Positions 36,601-45,970 of a stretch of 64,000 nucleotides of DNA are shown piece by piece (position 1 is the stretch's first letter; each line of letters starts with the position of its first letter). Position numbers and translations under genes: made by a program. The notes beneath the pieces are model-generated. The model ran no database searches. It worked only from the letters and a program-made list of their open reading frames with translations, and had not been told where the DNA came from. Source of the stretch: a virus (taxonomy: Duplodnaviria; Caudoviricetes); the IMG/VR virus record IMGVR_UViG_3300030708_002923, positions 9,022 to 73,021 of that record; one strand, written 5' to 3'.

Positions 36601-38388
36601 CGATAAACCCCACCCATCCAACTCTTTTTGTGAAGGTATTGTTGCTTCTAAAATTTCTTCAAAAAGGTACTGTGTTGCAAATGTACGGAACGGAATAGCA
36701 TTCAAAAGACTTTGAATCTTATCGTCTTCAACGCCCTGGTGAACACTCTGAATCGCAGTGACCAATACAGGATCAATATCCATCTGTAATATCGGATGAT
36801 CCTGTGGTACTAAAATAGCAACTTGCTTGAATAGATTCAGATCAGGCTGCTCTTTCATCAGCGACGGGTGTAGGTCGTTGTATGAGAGTTGTAGAAAAGA
36901 CTCTTGTATTCTTTCATCTTTTTCTTCGTCAGAAATACGACCATATTTGAACGCTTCGTATACAACCAACAAGCTATCGTCAGCAGGAGATGGTTTTAAG
37001 TTACGAGATTTTACGTCCAAGTCATACTTGGTTTGAACCATCATGTCTTGACGGACACGTGATCGAGCCTCTTGATATTCGGGGTCATTTAATACTTGTG
37101 CTCGAATGTCTTTTAAATCGAGCAGAAACTGATCCTGCATCGGAGATTTCTGAAACAAAGCATTCAATGTAGCAAAAGGATGCTTTGGAACCATGCCAGG
37201 AATTTTTGGTAGTTCGAATGTTTCGGGCTTGAAATCAATGTCTTCACTCGACTGAGTTTTCAACATCTCTTCATGCGCTTCGAGAGATTCTTTTGTCTTT
37301 TGTTGTAAATCTTTAAAGTCTACGATGCCGTGTCTATCGAGAAGCTTTACCGCATCTTTAACGCCCAAAACATCGGCAGTTTCAACAATATTTGTCACCA
37401 TTGCATCACGAGCCTGGTCGGACAAAATTGTGTAGAGGTCAGCAAAATCGTCGCCTAATCCAAAGTTAACCCAACCCCTTTTTGCGAGATCAAGCAAATG
37501 GTCTGTTTTGCTATATTCGCCGGGAACATCTGCAAGCCCACCAATACCGAGCGCTCCGATTCCGCCTACGCCCGTCATGCTGATTCCACCCAGTAGTGCG
37601 CCCGCAACACCACCGCCAAGGGCGATTACTGGTCCGGCTGCTGCGGTCGCAAGATAACCCTTGTAAAAACCATACCCAACACCAGCGGCACCCGTAGCGA
37701 TCGAAATACCTTTTAGACGGTCATTGGTGACCTTCACCCCAAACAATTCTTTATCTTGGGCTTCAGTGATGATTTCACCCTTTTCGTCGGTGATACCCAT
37801 TGCTGCAGTGTCTTTGACTGGAATGTTCAACGACTGAGGTATAGGTTCAGCCAAAACACTATAGGCGCGGTTGTAAAGGCTTTTACCCTGACTTTTGCGG
37901 GCCTCTGCAGCGGCAGCTTGGTAGGTAGGTATTGTACCAAAACGTGGGTGAACACGAGAAAAAGCAGAGACATAGCTACTGCCAATGTATTTTGAAAGCA
38001 ATCCTTCATCCGGCAGATCACCAACTACAACACCTCTTTCACCAAGCGTGTCGTTTACTCTTTTTTCAAGCGCCTCTTTGTCTAAAGGGTTCGACTCAAA
38101 CCACTCTTCAACCGCATCAGCACCCCTCATTTTTACCTCTACAGGTATGTTGAAGTCTTTATTGATGTAGTCGTTTCTGAGTTGTATTCTGTATTCATTA
38201 AATACAGCGTTCTTTTCGTCTAATAACTCAAGTGGCGGCTCTACTCGTTGTTGGAAACGCTCTACAGCCTCATCGTCTGCAATTTCACCTTCATCAATTG
38301 AATCCTCTTCATCAGAATCAGATTCTAAATTTTCTTCAAGGTTTTCAAGATCAACGTCTTCAAGGTCTTTTTCATCTTGAATTGCCAC
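30682..38388 (-). CDS. Giant (2568 aa) ejection/large polyvalent protein with a zincin-like HExxH domain and LPD-like C-terminal region
   Basis: LWHENGHF...HEQFAEAW; IALDYSDLS...VFAFYTY; glycine-rich hydrophobic hairpins; follows other ejection-type genes. Confidence 0.8.
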   Translation of the reverse strand: MAIQDEKDLEDVDLENLEENLESDSDEEDSIDEGEIADDEAVERFQQRVEPPLELLDEKNAVFNEYRIQLRNDYINKDFNIPVEVKMRGADAVEEWFESNPLDKEALEKRVNDTLGERGVVVGDLPDEGLLSKYIGSSYVSAFSRVHPRFGTIPTYQAAAAEARKSQGKSLYNRAYSVLAEPIPQSLNIPVKDTAAMGITDEKGEIITEAQDKELFGVKVTNDRLKGISIATGAAGVGYGFYKGYLATAAAGPVIALGGGVAGALLGGISMTGVGGIGALGIGGLADVPGEYSKTDHLLDLAKRGWVNFGLGDDFADLYTILSDQARDAMVTNIVETADVLGVKDAVKLLDRHGIVDFKDLQQKTKESLEAHEEMLKTQSSEDIDFKPETFELPKIPGMVPKHPFATLNALFQKSPMQDQFLLDLKDIRAQVLNDPEYQEARSRVRQDMMVQTKYDLDVKSRNLKPSPADDSLLVVYEAFKYGRISDEEKDERIQESFLQLSYNDLHPSLMKEQPDLNLFKQVAILVPQDHPILQMDIDPVLVTAIQSVHQGVEDDKIQSLLNAIPFRTFATQYLFEEILEATIPSQKELDGWGLSLLKFQEEETGEIGARRTTRAAFDVMTDRVDDPKYGTFFKRSMIGEVLNWAGAVTTGAAEVEYSLTDNWITQLAGTDAILASLLKNLGLPNGIYAPTPAGLDKMLRLGIRDPDDDFITRFDARMMAALGGFQVGFAEVATALGYSPDDIEYNLLQNLGMFLDMFLNMEKRLFKAGGMGFRTAANTPGAVTQILKGQGSPSIRYQLAKQKLFDGVVETKSSDSLVRINSLIQAGLRQRKNKGKILTNDLTVAEREILKRVLLLADRDPDKYIAADVLSSGDIQSIRKLSKEVINDLGVSEVRVFRSSPEYRKIQRQVQGLVNDKLIDVGDAQRFMALIEFQAFKISDAVDTQFGSAVEVIRNLNVTRNRSAGPTARFMGDMPEGTTRTTDADGGRIVLTLEDTAADPDIRFARKKDIPLGYFEYDSNTRQSIINLFTAGDVDALWHENGHFMATLMGDNFNQKLFGLFDHTVNNQGKKRLTDVGHEQFAEAWRLYRRTKDAKNGFLRRMFDELYIGLHNFWSKLRNKPGLLPKSVRQYWDLEFGTLPSDRRNIDALTASVVRKRPYAIFVNADARRQVLDSKPARFAREESAKQPSMNPEVIHQYLGDKFITRVDADVDPTTGQTVRIPRRVYADTTDDAIDVLIKTIAYIKTDRFRSTLKRAKTTTVGTGRYIVPVSRAVQILENVKKRLIENLGDFPDTKAKFLAQRGQDGNVDRSNLSPLVRPDDLAAFDERQRINSPGPKVLVDQQIRETEFFTLSDRQIAGMRTIIQEISQQPASDILPKGLLDPEANLRIMSVAEYDLVHKVMQDIEAGPLNRIRRGDVHPGFVRKLGILFESTELTKELGSEIKKLVDKFSRKELRFNRENANPDLVEVIEKHIRMTGKVNEDLVNAIESAKRNGAEYFIDFYQDQISLLVPLVPLAKVDKLFQIVDVFTKLRTGMDADALTKQKAAQQKTGVPARIIPDVITSKSGVLDIDYILNNLNDIQDILDGYHGMTRLERESLIALRTLKQKGVKSAGITDQQKIIAADAIQVLHNGLLEKYSFVFETAMDHFKIAMGVEGQKVNWNFSNQDILKIYKSYYQGDLIQMYQVGATKSLVPLSPKAAKKLLGKTSKTDADTIALLTNVLVFGKISELRRGLAKELAEAGYNTNRRALFEQISKRADLGEVAGLDRQKYIERIAFYIDQELAFQDKVIIQRGTAGQKAGLLQAPAKAPEDLYGISEALPSQKNHPDSKVFGELEKAAKDEASRILDQMGIKRQLGTVSVLKLGDETFLLPESLIQGLEETMADIYKEPSFRLERNFGKNGTVEYALTGDQPEISVTIAKEMKDAARIYAQNFPALPKNFYKGLLIGSGGVPMVPYFMGVYLGTVSQVQLGQGLAAAGADLVRFPGVMTDAVGSYNNTKRINFVSGVLARTFGDGTHKPDTAPYVLPDGRVLTADGMANALIEEGVKGSFVSTLNNTNIHSRILNAFTQANPWVGGSAIGGTIGGMIGLLGGGPVGAVAGAAGGAGLSAVTLGMILRPDGFFARSNRFFGEVATAIDSYFRIRIMLREMENGADIKQAAKRTREIALDYSDLSDWEKNYISEVFAFYTYFKQATKLIAKSIVENPDRVLTQLKIARASQLKVTELEDPERVLSPWDRTRTFLPFKIGDHAMRIPYLSTSDVFALISDIIGAFSALPFTPNIVGEEQAQKSLFGLLSRANPYFLEFLYKPTTGLDPARGFALERATNQVPSFIVQLDHDLFGGVLHDKFGIVHLPESELKFVFDDKTGRKVNVRNIEMPGRGIYIATNPGVSNFVLEFMQTPFTGRMLDVIDAIDRSNIGLTEAMVRAADAYYQADKERPLLARVPGLVQLGVVKPTRKFTYDVSMKPGEPPRPVTMARPTDTFDATVAPGVKGYLDTATAHRAMREDFSYQGTDGTNYKLRYKDFYPLYLLKLIGLSPVHIDLENEANTSFKIKQHLRELKTSEN

Positions 38389-38407
38389 GATTAAACCACC
38401 TTATATT

Positions 38408-41400
38408 TTATTGAGCGCGTTTTACTGCTGGAACTTCCAATCCAAGGCGTTTAGCCAACTCAGGAATATTGTCGATTGTAATGCCTTCCTGACCTTTTAG
38501 GCTAAAGTTTTTGAATACATCTGGATATTCTGCAAAAGGATCAGACGGAAGATATTTACCATCTGTTCCAGGCACGGACTTGCCTGACTCGTTTGCTACG
38601 TGTACCTCGAAGTGCAAGTGTGCCGCCTTTGAGCCGCCTGTATTACCGGCAGCGCCGATAACATCTCCTGCCTTCACTCGATCTCCCGGTGAAAGCTTGG
38701 CATCACTCAGATGCATAGACTTCGTTATGCGACCATCGTCGTGCAGAATGTAGACGTACTTACCGGGTCCAGTCCCGATATATTCTCCGTCTTCATTTTT
38801 TCTGTTTGCTGTATGGCGACCACCAAGAGTTTCATCGTTGTTTGAAGCAATCACGATGCCGTCAGCAATAGCGAATACGTCGTCACCTTCGAATGCTCTG
38901 AGATCAACACCCTCGTGGGCAATGCCTGATCTTTCTGTAGCGGCATCCGTTACCAATCCCCCATCGCGCGTAACGGGGGGTTTGTTTACTGCGACGGCTT
39001 TGACTGGTGTAGGAGCCGCTGGTTTTTCAAATCTCTTATTGATCTCGTCGTACAGCCTTCTATTGAAGCCTGGAGAAGCAAATCGGCCAAACTGTCTTGC
39101 AATCGTGTTAGCGCCGTCAATCGCATCATCGTATTGAATTGTTTTGTTTTCGACTTGAGTCAACAAATCTTGTGTAGCGCCAAGCATTGCCCTTCTTGAT
39201 CTGGCTTGTACAGCAGGATCAGGTCCAGGGGGTACTGATATTCGTGGGACATTGCCAACAGGCAGGTCAGCTTGTACATCTGCTAAAGTTTGCTCGGGGC
39301 TACGCAAATCACGGTCGTATTGGTCTGTGAGATAATCAGGGTCTCCCTCGAAAGCCCTTTGATCATTTTGAATCGAATCACGTGATTCGGCCCTGCTAAT
39401 AAGTTCATCATCAGAGGCGACTTGCTCTGGAGTTGGATCATAAGACTCAGGTGTCACCATATAATCAGGCGCATCAGCTTGAGCGATCATTCGAGTATCT
39501 GACTCCAGTTGATCCGGTGGCATTTCGCTTTCATCGACTGTTTCACCAATAGGAGCAATCGTTTCAACCGGCGTAACGGTTGATCCAGCAGACGCTGTAA
39601 AGGTTGTTCCCGTAGGAACGCCTTGTGGTGTAGGCGTTCTTCCTGAAGGAACGTTTGCCTCTACAATTGACTCTGCAGGTAGTGGTGGTGGAGTTGGTGG
39701 TGGAGTTGGATCACCCATAATGTTTGACCCTTCGAACCCCTCGGGCAAAGTGTCAATTTGGCCTTCCGTGTGTCTGGTTCTCGATCCTGCACTTGGGGAC
39801 AATCCTGCCATTAATGTGTCGCGCTTTTCAGCTTCCGTCATTTGCTGACGACGATCCTCATTTCGAGCCAGTCGTGTAGCCTCTTCTGGCTCTCTAATAG
39901 AAGCAATTTGCTCAAGAACACGATCGTCTAAATCAGTAGTATCGTCTGGGAATCGTTCACCAAATTCGCCCGCAAACTTACGAAGCCTTCCCGCAGCCAA
40001 GCGGTCATCTTGTTCACGTTTTCTTTCTTCAAACTGCCGATACTTACGACTACCAGGACGAAACGGGTTTCCAAACGGGTTTTCAACCAACAACCGAGGA
40101 TCGTCTCGTGGTGGCTCATCTGCTTCAGGCGTCACTGGTGGTGTAGGTGGCGTCTCTTGTATTGGACGCTGTGGTGCAGGGCTTGCCCTACGCACCCTTC
40201 CCCCATAGTCATCATCCATAGCGGCCACAAATCGATCTATAGACTCGTATCGTCCGTATTTGTTGGTATCGAAAAAATCGGGGCGCTCTCGTTGAGACAA
40301 GGTCTTTGCTCTCTCGAAAACATCGATAAGGTCCGATCGACTTGCGTTTCCTTCGCTGATCATATCCATGGTGTTGTTAAAGTCTGTTGCAATCGATCCG
40401 ACAGGAAATCTTTTACCTGTCACACTGAAACCTTCTCCAAGTGAATCAGGATGATCCAAAAAATCAACCATATCTGATGTCGATGCCAATGCTTCTCGGT
40501 TGGGATCTAATGATACGTCTGCAATGTACTCCCCGATTGTTTGAGTTGTGATTGCAGAGTCATCAAGGCTTGGTAGGGCGTTAACCATGATCTGTCGCCG
40601 GCCTTCTGGCGTATCTGTTTTGCCTTCTTGCGGCTGCGTGTACTCGTAAGCAGCCAAAACAAACGGCTGTGGAAAAAAGCTTTTGATGTCTTCCGGCAAT
40701 CTAAAAAAGCCTTCTACAACATCTTCCAACTCAGCATCTGCAGCGAATTGATCTTCGTTTGTGGCCGAGTTTGCTCTGTTGATTGCGTTTGTCATCCTAT
40801 TAATAACTGCCGGAATGATCGGAACGCCCGTAGAGGCAGTTTCCTCTTGCTCTGGAATGTCCTCAACGGGCTCTGGAGCAGCCTCGGGCTCTGGAGCAGC
40901 CTCGGGCTCTGGAGCAGCCTCGGGCTCTGGAGCAGCCTCGGGTGCCGCTACATCGTCAAACATACCCACAGCCTCTCTGAAGCCCGTTACACGCAAAATG
41001 GGGTGGTCCAGCAGCGCCAACTCTTGTCTATTCAGCCTACGACTCTTTGCGAAAGCATTGACCGCATCTTTCCGTCGCGTTTCCAATTGCTTCCGACGAT
41101 TTTCCAGCCTCCTTTCAGCACGTGTTTCGCGGTCTGACTGGACCTCCGTACCGCGACCAAGATCAGCAAGAATTGAATATGACTTAGACTCGCCTGGACC
41201 CAAGGCCATCTTTTTAGCAGCTTCGGCCTGCACATCTGGTGGGGCAGACTCATCCACTCTGATTTCATTGTTTTCATCAATGATGTATCCGCCAGGGACC
41301 ACCTGATTCAAAAATGCTTGCTTTTCCTCGATCGAATCGTTTTCTGCCGGAATGTCAATAGATGCACCGACACCCAAGTCTTCTTCAATACGATCAAAAA

Positions 41401-42205
41401 TCGCATCTTCGAGCAATTTTATCTTCGCCTCTAATTCAGGATCGCTCTCAAATTTGTACGTTTTTCCAAGGTATTTTTGCTGGAGTTCAGGGCTATCGAA
41501 AACCTCATTCAAAAAATCTTCATCTAAATTTTGATTTTGATCGACTTTGATGATCGGGAATCTTTCTGCTAACCCTGAAGGGTCAACAGGTTGACCGACA
41601 GGCTCGCCATAAATTTGACTCAATGTATTAGCCGTTTCCGCCTTGATTCTCGTTTCGATTAAATTGTATAGTGGAAAATCTTTCGTTTCTTGTAGCACTT
41701 TTTGAAAAATCAAAAACTTAGCGATATCTATAGATTTGTCATTTATACCATTCAAAGAGTTTATAAAGATATCTAACTCTTTGCCTACCTTAGCTTCTTC
41801 CTCAAAAGAAGACAGTAATTTTGTATTAGAAACTAGTTGATCGACATAACCATTAACTTCTGTACTTTGAGACAAAGCGTGTGCGGAATTGTTTTTATCG
41901 ATCAAATCCTTTAAATCTTTTTCTATTTCACGTTTATCTTTTTCGATTAGCTTATCGTTTCTTGCTCGATCTTTTTTCAAGTTACTTAACAAAGACGGCA
42001 AACGATCAAATCCCACTCTTGACCTTGAACTGGATCGAGTCATTCCCTGACGAGCCAAGAGACGATCAATGTATTGAATCTCTCTATCCAGCTTATCTAC
42101 GGTGGTTTTTACCTGCTGAAAATCTTGCTCGTATGACTTCATCTGCGTCGATGCAGACGACCTAAATGATTCATTAAATTTTTGTGTCCAACTCAAATCG
42201 GCCAT
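38408..42205 (-). CDS. Large internal virion/ejection protein with a C-terminal M23 peptidase
   Basis: HEGVDLRA...GKYVYILH...MHL...GNTGGS..AHLHFEV. Confidence 0.87.
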   Translation of the reverse strand: MADLSWTQKFNESFRSSASTQMKSYEQDFQQVKTTVDKLDREIQYIDRLLARQGMTRSSSRSRVGFDRLPSLLSNLKKDRARNDKLIEKDKREIEKDLKDLIDKNNSAHALSQSTEVNGYVDQLVSNTKLLSSFEEEAKVGKELDIFINSLNGINDKSIDIAKFLIFQKVLQETKDFPLYNLIETRIKAETANTLSQIYGEPVGQPVDPSGLAERFPIIKVDQNQNLDEDFLNEVFDSPELQQKYLGKTYKFESDPELEAKIKLLEDAIFDRIEEDLGVGASIDIPAENDSIEEKQAFLNQVVPGGYIIDENNEIRVDESAPPDVQAEAAKKMALGPGESKSYSILADLGRGTEVQSDRETRAERRLENRRKQLETRRKDAVNAFAKSRRLNRQELALLDHPILRVTGFREAVGMFDDVAAPEAAPEPEAAPEPEAAPEPEAAPEPVEDIPEQEETASTGVPIIPAVINRMTNAINRANSATNEDQFAADAELEDVVEGFFRLPEDIKSFFPQPFVLAAYEYTQPQEGKTDTPEGRRQIMVNALPSLDDSAITTQTIGEYIADVSLDPNREALASTSDMVDFLDHPDSLGEGFSVTGKRFPVGSIATDFNNTMDMISEGNASRSDLIDVFERAKTLSQRERPDFFDTNKYGRYESIDRFVAAMDDDYGGRVRRASPAPQRPIQETPPTPPVTPEADEPPRDDPRLLVENPFGNPFRPGSRKYRQFEERKREQDDRLAAGRLRKFAGEFGERFPDDTTDLDDRVLEQIASIREPEEATRLARNEDRRQQMTEAEKRDTLMAGLSPSAGSRTRHTEGQIDTLPEGFEGSNIMGDPTPPPTPPPLPAESIVEANVPSGRTPTPQGVPTGTTFTASAGSTVTPVETIAPIGETVDESEMPPDQLESDTRMIAQADAPDYMVTPESYDPTPEQVASDDELISRAESRDSIQNDQRAFEGDPDYLTDQYDRDLRSPEQTLADVQADLPVGNVPRISVPPGPDPAVQARSRRAMLGATQDLLTQVENKTIQYDDAIDGANTIARQFGRFASPGFNRRLYDEINKRFEKPAAPTPVKAVAVNKPPVTRDGGLVTDAATERSGIAHEGVDLRAFEGDDVFAIADGIVIASNNDETLGGRHTANRKNEDGEYIGTGPGKYVYILHDDGRITKSMHLSDAKLSPGDRVKAGDVIGAAGNTGGSKAAHLHFEVHVANESGKSVPGTDGKYLPSDPFAEYPDVFKNFSLKGQEGITIDNIPELAKRLGLEVPAVKRAQ
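40867..40942. repeat. 18-bp tandem repeat x4 (CGGGCTCTGGAGCAGCCT) encoding a PEAAPE linker
   Basis: Direct reading. Confidence 0.95.
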
Positions 42206-42215
42206 GATTGTCTCG

Positions 42216-42767
42216 CTACTTGCTTAGGTAAAAAATCAACAGCTTGTCACCACTTGTTGCAGTACCACCTGTGTTGTCGATTGTATCCGATGTCTTAATA
42301 GAAAACTCAGTACTTAGGTCTGTTAAAATACCAGAAGTGCCGTCTTGTTCAAACACTCCAATCAATTCATCTTGAATGGTAAGACCAGACACAGTGTGAT
42401 TCCCTGCGGCACCGCCATTAATCAATGCAATCTTAATCGGATTTGTTATTTTGGCACCCGTGATCGCTCCATTCTCAATCATTGATGAGTCGACAAAGCC
42501 GGACCCAAACAACCCTCGAAGACCACTCGCAGCGGTAAACGTTGACTTGCCGATCACTTGCAACAAAAACGATGCCGTGAACGAACTTGCAGCAAACGCA
42601 CGTGAAACAAGCGTCGAGTCAAACAAGTTATCGTCGAAGTTTTCGGACCTTAAATTGGTAGTTCGAAACGCACCCCTCGCGATGTTTTGTATTTTTTTGG
42701 GGGTTACGGGCGGTTCGGTTGGAGACGTAGTTTCTCTTGGCACGTATCGGCCATTGCGCCAAGGCAT
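42216..42767 (-). CDS. Virion structural protein
   Basis: IENGAITGAKI motif common in fibre/structural proteins. Confidence 0.7.
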   Translation of the reverse strand: MPWRNGRYVPRETTSPTEPPVTPKKIQNIARGAFRTTNLRSENFDDNLFDSTLVSRAFAASSFTASFLLQVIGKSTFTAASGLRGLFGSGFVDSSMIENGAITGAKITNPIKIALINGGAAGNHTVSGLTIQDELIGVFEQDGTSGILTDLSTEFSIKTSDTIDNTGGTATSGDKLLIFYLSK

Positions 42768-42776
42768 CGTAGCCCC

Positions 42777-43664
42777 CTATTGTGTGTATCTAGGCATATA
42801 TCTAGGCATGTAAGGCAGCGGGTTCTGCAGAGCCATTTTTTCGCGCTGTTTTGCTGCTTCTGCTGCACGTAGATTCTGCAACTCTTGGGCAGTTTCACCA
42901 AATTTAGTTTTTACTTCTTGTTGCTTTTCACCAAGTTTTACCTCGCGTTTTAGTTGCCGACCAGCGCGATCGAATGTTGCGTCTGCTTGTGCGCCCTCTT
43001 GGGTGAGACCCTTAGCCATCAAGTCCTTAACATTCTCATCTTTTTTCTCGATTCGTTCACCAAGTTGAGTCGAGCGCTTGGCTTGACGCCTAGCCGTGTC
43101 CTCAAGCTTACGCTCATACGTTTTAGGTTTCAACGCAGCAGCGCCCTTGAACGCCGAACCAACGATATTTCCAGCAAGGTTAATTCTGGCAAGCTTTTGC
43201 CCAAGTTTCTTTTCGGCCCTTTCATCTTCGATGGCTGACATTTCAGCAGCACGCTGTTGTCGTTCTGCAGCCCTATCTTTCATAGCTTGGGTCTCTGCTC
43301 TCATTCTTGCGCCCTGAACCTGTTGTTCAGTTCCGGCGAGACCTTGAAGTAGTCCCGCAGCCTTTGTGGGGTCTACTCTTGACGGCAACTCTCGCACGAT
43401 TTGTTGTTGACGGGCTGAAGCCTCTCCCGCAGCCGCTTCGACAAACGCCGCTCTACGCCGCTCTTCATCGGGATCGAGACCAGCACGAAGATCGCGATAC
43501 CGAGCCGCTTGACCGGGATCGGGTGCAAACCGTGCTCTATCGCCAAGATAGCCAAAAAGAGACTCAGCAACGTCACCACCGAAACCCAATGCAATTCTTT
43601 TGCGATCGATTCCTTCAGTGTACAAAGACTGCTGCAATAGCGCTTCTCGTTCTTTTTCTGTCAT
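42777..43664 (-). CDS. Helical ejection/pilot-like protein
   Basis: Ala/Gln/Arg-rich coiled coil; located after the tail genes. Confidence 0.7.
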   Translation of the reverse strand: MTEKEREALLQQSLYTEGIDRKRIALGFGGDVAESLFGYLGDRARFAPDPGQAARYRDLRAGLDPDEERRRAAFVEAAAGEASARQQQIVRELPSRVDPTKAAGLLQGLAGTEQQVQGARMRAETQAMKDRAAERQQRAAEMSAIEDERAEKKLGQKLARINLAGNIVGSAFKGAAALKPKTYERKLEDTARRQAKRSTQLGERIEKKDENVKDLMAKGLTQEGAQADATFDRAGRQLKREVKLGEKQQEVKTKFGETAQELQNLRAAEAAKQREKMALQNPLPYMPRYMPRYTQ

Positions 43665-43673
43665 TGTCTTCTC

Positions 43674-44078
43674 CTACGCCGAAAATGGTCTACCGTATGT
43701 GCTGGCCATGTATTGATCATAAGGGGTTCCAGGCCCACCGCTCATCGACGATTGCAATAATTGATCTGCAGAAGCCATGCTTGGGCCTCTCGCCTCAGAA
43801 CTCTCTTTGATGGCCCTGTTGCGCGCCTCTCTGGCTTGTGCGTCTTCTCTACGCTGCGCAACCTCTGCAGCAACCTGAGCCTTTCTTGCCCTTTCTCGCT
43901 GCTTTCTGGCTCTCTTTTTGGCCTCTTTTTCAGCGTCTTTTTGGACCTTGTTTTGCATCAGACCAAGAGTCAGTCCTACAGCCGCTCCAACACCCGCACC
44001 AATGGGTCCAAGCGCTGCGCCAGCAGCAGCCATTGATGCTGTGCTTGCTCCAACTGTAAGGGCATCATCTACGGCCAT
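43674..44078 (-). CDS. Small ejection/pilot-like protein
   Basis: AAAGAALGPIGAGVGAAVG Gly-rich hydrophobic segment plus basic coiled coil. Confidence 0.7.
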   Translation of the reverse strand: MAVDDALTVGASTASMAAAGAALGPIGAGVGAAVGLTLGLMQNKVQKDAEKEAKKRARKQRERARKAQVAAEVAQRREDAQAREARNRAIKESSEARGPSMASADQLLQSSMSGGPGTPYDQYMASTYGRPFSA

Positions 44079-44098
44079 CGAATCTCCTTGCTTCTATA

Positions 44099-44980
44099 TT
44101 ACTTGTATATCACGTCAACTACAAGATTGCGGGCATCAACATAAACGTGCCTGGTACCCCTAACTTCTGGTGCAGGAAGCCTATACAAACATCGAACCGA
44201 AATTTTGTTTTCACCTTCAGTAAGTTTAAAATCATAAGCACTCGGATCGCTGCCCGTCATTAAAGTTGCAATGATTGAATGATTCATCCTCCTGCATCTG
44301 TATCGTCCACCCCCGGTGCCGAAAATCCTTCTCTCCGTGCCGTTTACATATCTTGGTCCATTACCATCCATCCGATCCAAAAAAAGAGCAAATATAGCGA
44401 CATATGTACCAGCCTGAGTTGCTCTATCGAAACCCGAAAGCGATTCCATTTTATTGCCTTCGCCAGTGGCTCGACCTTCTCTTAAAATTTGGCTTCTTGG
44501 ATCACCCACCTTTCCGCCCTTTTCGTGTGCATGAAAACTGGCGCATACAAAAGTTGTTCGGGGTATCTCTCCTGGTGGAACGTAAACAGTTGTAGATAAA
44601 CCCTCGATCGGTTGCCAAGCGTTTACATCGGCAAAAAGATCAATATCGTCGATAAATCTACCCTGAACGCTACCAATCCCCTCGTGTCGATAGTATCGAT
44701 TAAGTTTATTGTTACTCCTTGACCTGTAATAAGTGTCAGACGACACACCTAAAACATGGGGGCTGGGTGATCCGTAAAACTCGGGCTTAAAAATATGAGA
44801 TGCTTGTATTACCGCCTTTTTATCCGATGCTCCGTCACCAGTTGCGCCAATCTTATTCTCAAAATCATTTCGTGAAAATCCCCTGTTCAAATCGAAAGAC
44901 GTTTGAGAATTTAAAAGTTCTAGTTCACTAGACAATAAAATATCGCCCGTGCTTTTAAACGGGAAAAATCTGAGTGGCAT
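44099..44980 (-). CDS. Tail-associated protein (paralogue 3 of 3)
   Basis: Similar N-terminal and C-terminal (RNLVVDVIYK) pattern to its neighbours. Confidence 0.75.
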   Translation of the reverse strand: MPLRFFPFKSTGDILLSSELELLNSQTSFDLNRGFSRNDFENKIGATGDGASDKKAVIQASHIFKPEFYGSPSPHVLGVSSDTYYRSRSNNKLNRYYRHEGIGSVQGRFIDDIDLFADVNAWQPIEGLSTTVYVPPGEIPRTTFVCASFHAHEKGGKVGDPRSQILREGRATGEGNKMESLSGFDRATQAGTYVAIFALFLDRMDGNGPRYVNGTERRIFGTGGGRYRCRRMNHSIIATLMTGSDPSAYDFKLTEGENKISVRCLYRLPAPEVRGTRHVYVDARNLVVDVIYK

Positions 44981-45970
44981 TTATTTCCTCAAAGTAAGAC
45001 TAGACATTTGAATATTTCTTATTCGAATAGGACGATAAATAACCCTACCACAACCTCTCGAATAATGTTCAAGGTCATATCCAACGTCACCAGAATCGGA
45101 TTCACCAGGGTATTCTGGACCCAAAAATGAAGGTATAAAATAGCCTCCGCCGATACAAAAATGTAAACTACCAAATTGTTTAACACCACCTACTGTTGTC
45201 TCTGTAAAAAGAGAACGATCAACTTCATCATAGTTCAAAACAAACGCTGCCGAATACGAATATCGTGAGGTGAAACGCATGTGTTGATTTCCAATGACTT
45301 CGTAACTTTCCGAGCCCGTAGGCATTCCCAAGGCATCAGCCGGCTCCATGGTAAAAAGATCAGGTCGGTTATCCTTATTACGATGACCCACCGGACCCGT
45401 GTATCCAAAATCAATCATTTTGGTGTTCATAAACAATCCGCCACCTGAATCGCTTGGAATTTTTGACGTAAAAGCCAAAGAAAAAAGACCTTTGGTTCCA
45501 TTGCAATATTGCCAAGTACTTTTGGCACCCGGTGAATCATCAAATGTATAAAATAATCCTAATTTAGCAGTAGCTGGTTCACCTGGAAAAAATGTTCGTG
45601 CACCATAGTCCCACACTGTTATATCGCAAGATAATCTTGCAACAACTTTTGTTCCGTCATCTTTAAATATCGTATCGGCATTTAAGAGCGATCCTGATAC
45701 ATAATGTTCTTCTGAAATAATAACTGGATCACGATTTATATCTGGCTGCGAAGAACTGGGTGCAGGAAAGTCTTGAGACGAACTCTGCACTTTAAAACCT
45801 TTACTATCTGCAAAAATAGTGCTCGGTACTTTATTTCTATTTATACCTTCTTCAGCGATATTTTCTGAATCAATTTTGAATTGTTTTATTTGATGATGAA
45901 AGTGTTCGTTCCAAACATTCGCATCTAATTGGTCACCAGAAACTATATTTGGTAATTTTAATTTACTCAT
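44981..45970 (-). CDS. Tail-associated protein (paralogue 2 of 3)
   Basis: SGDQLDA...IDSENI; C-terminus RNIQMSSLTLRK. Confidence 0.75.
   Translation of the reverse strand: MSKLKLPNIVSGDQLDANVWNEHFHHQIKQFKIDSENIAEEGINRNKVPSTIFADSKGFKVQSSSQDFPAPSSSQPDINRDPVIISEEHYVSGSLLNADTIFKDDGTKVVARLSCDITVWDYGARTFFPGEPATAKLGLFYTFDDSPGAKSTWQYCNGTKGLFSLAFTSKIPSDSGGGLFMNTKMIDFGYTGPVGHRNKDNRPDLFTMEPADALGMPTGSESYEVIGNQHMRFTSRYSYSAAFVLNYDEVDRSLFTETTVGGVKQFGSLHFCIGGGYFIPSFLGPEYPGESDSGDVGYDLEHYSRGCGRVIYRPIRIRNIQMSSLTLRK

Noticed and set aside
40867-40942. 18-bp tandem repeat as a regulatory or contingency locus
   Set aside because: In-frame unit (multiple of 3) encoding a simple PEAAPE linker; it cannot phase-shift the gene.
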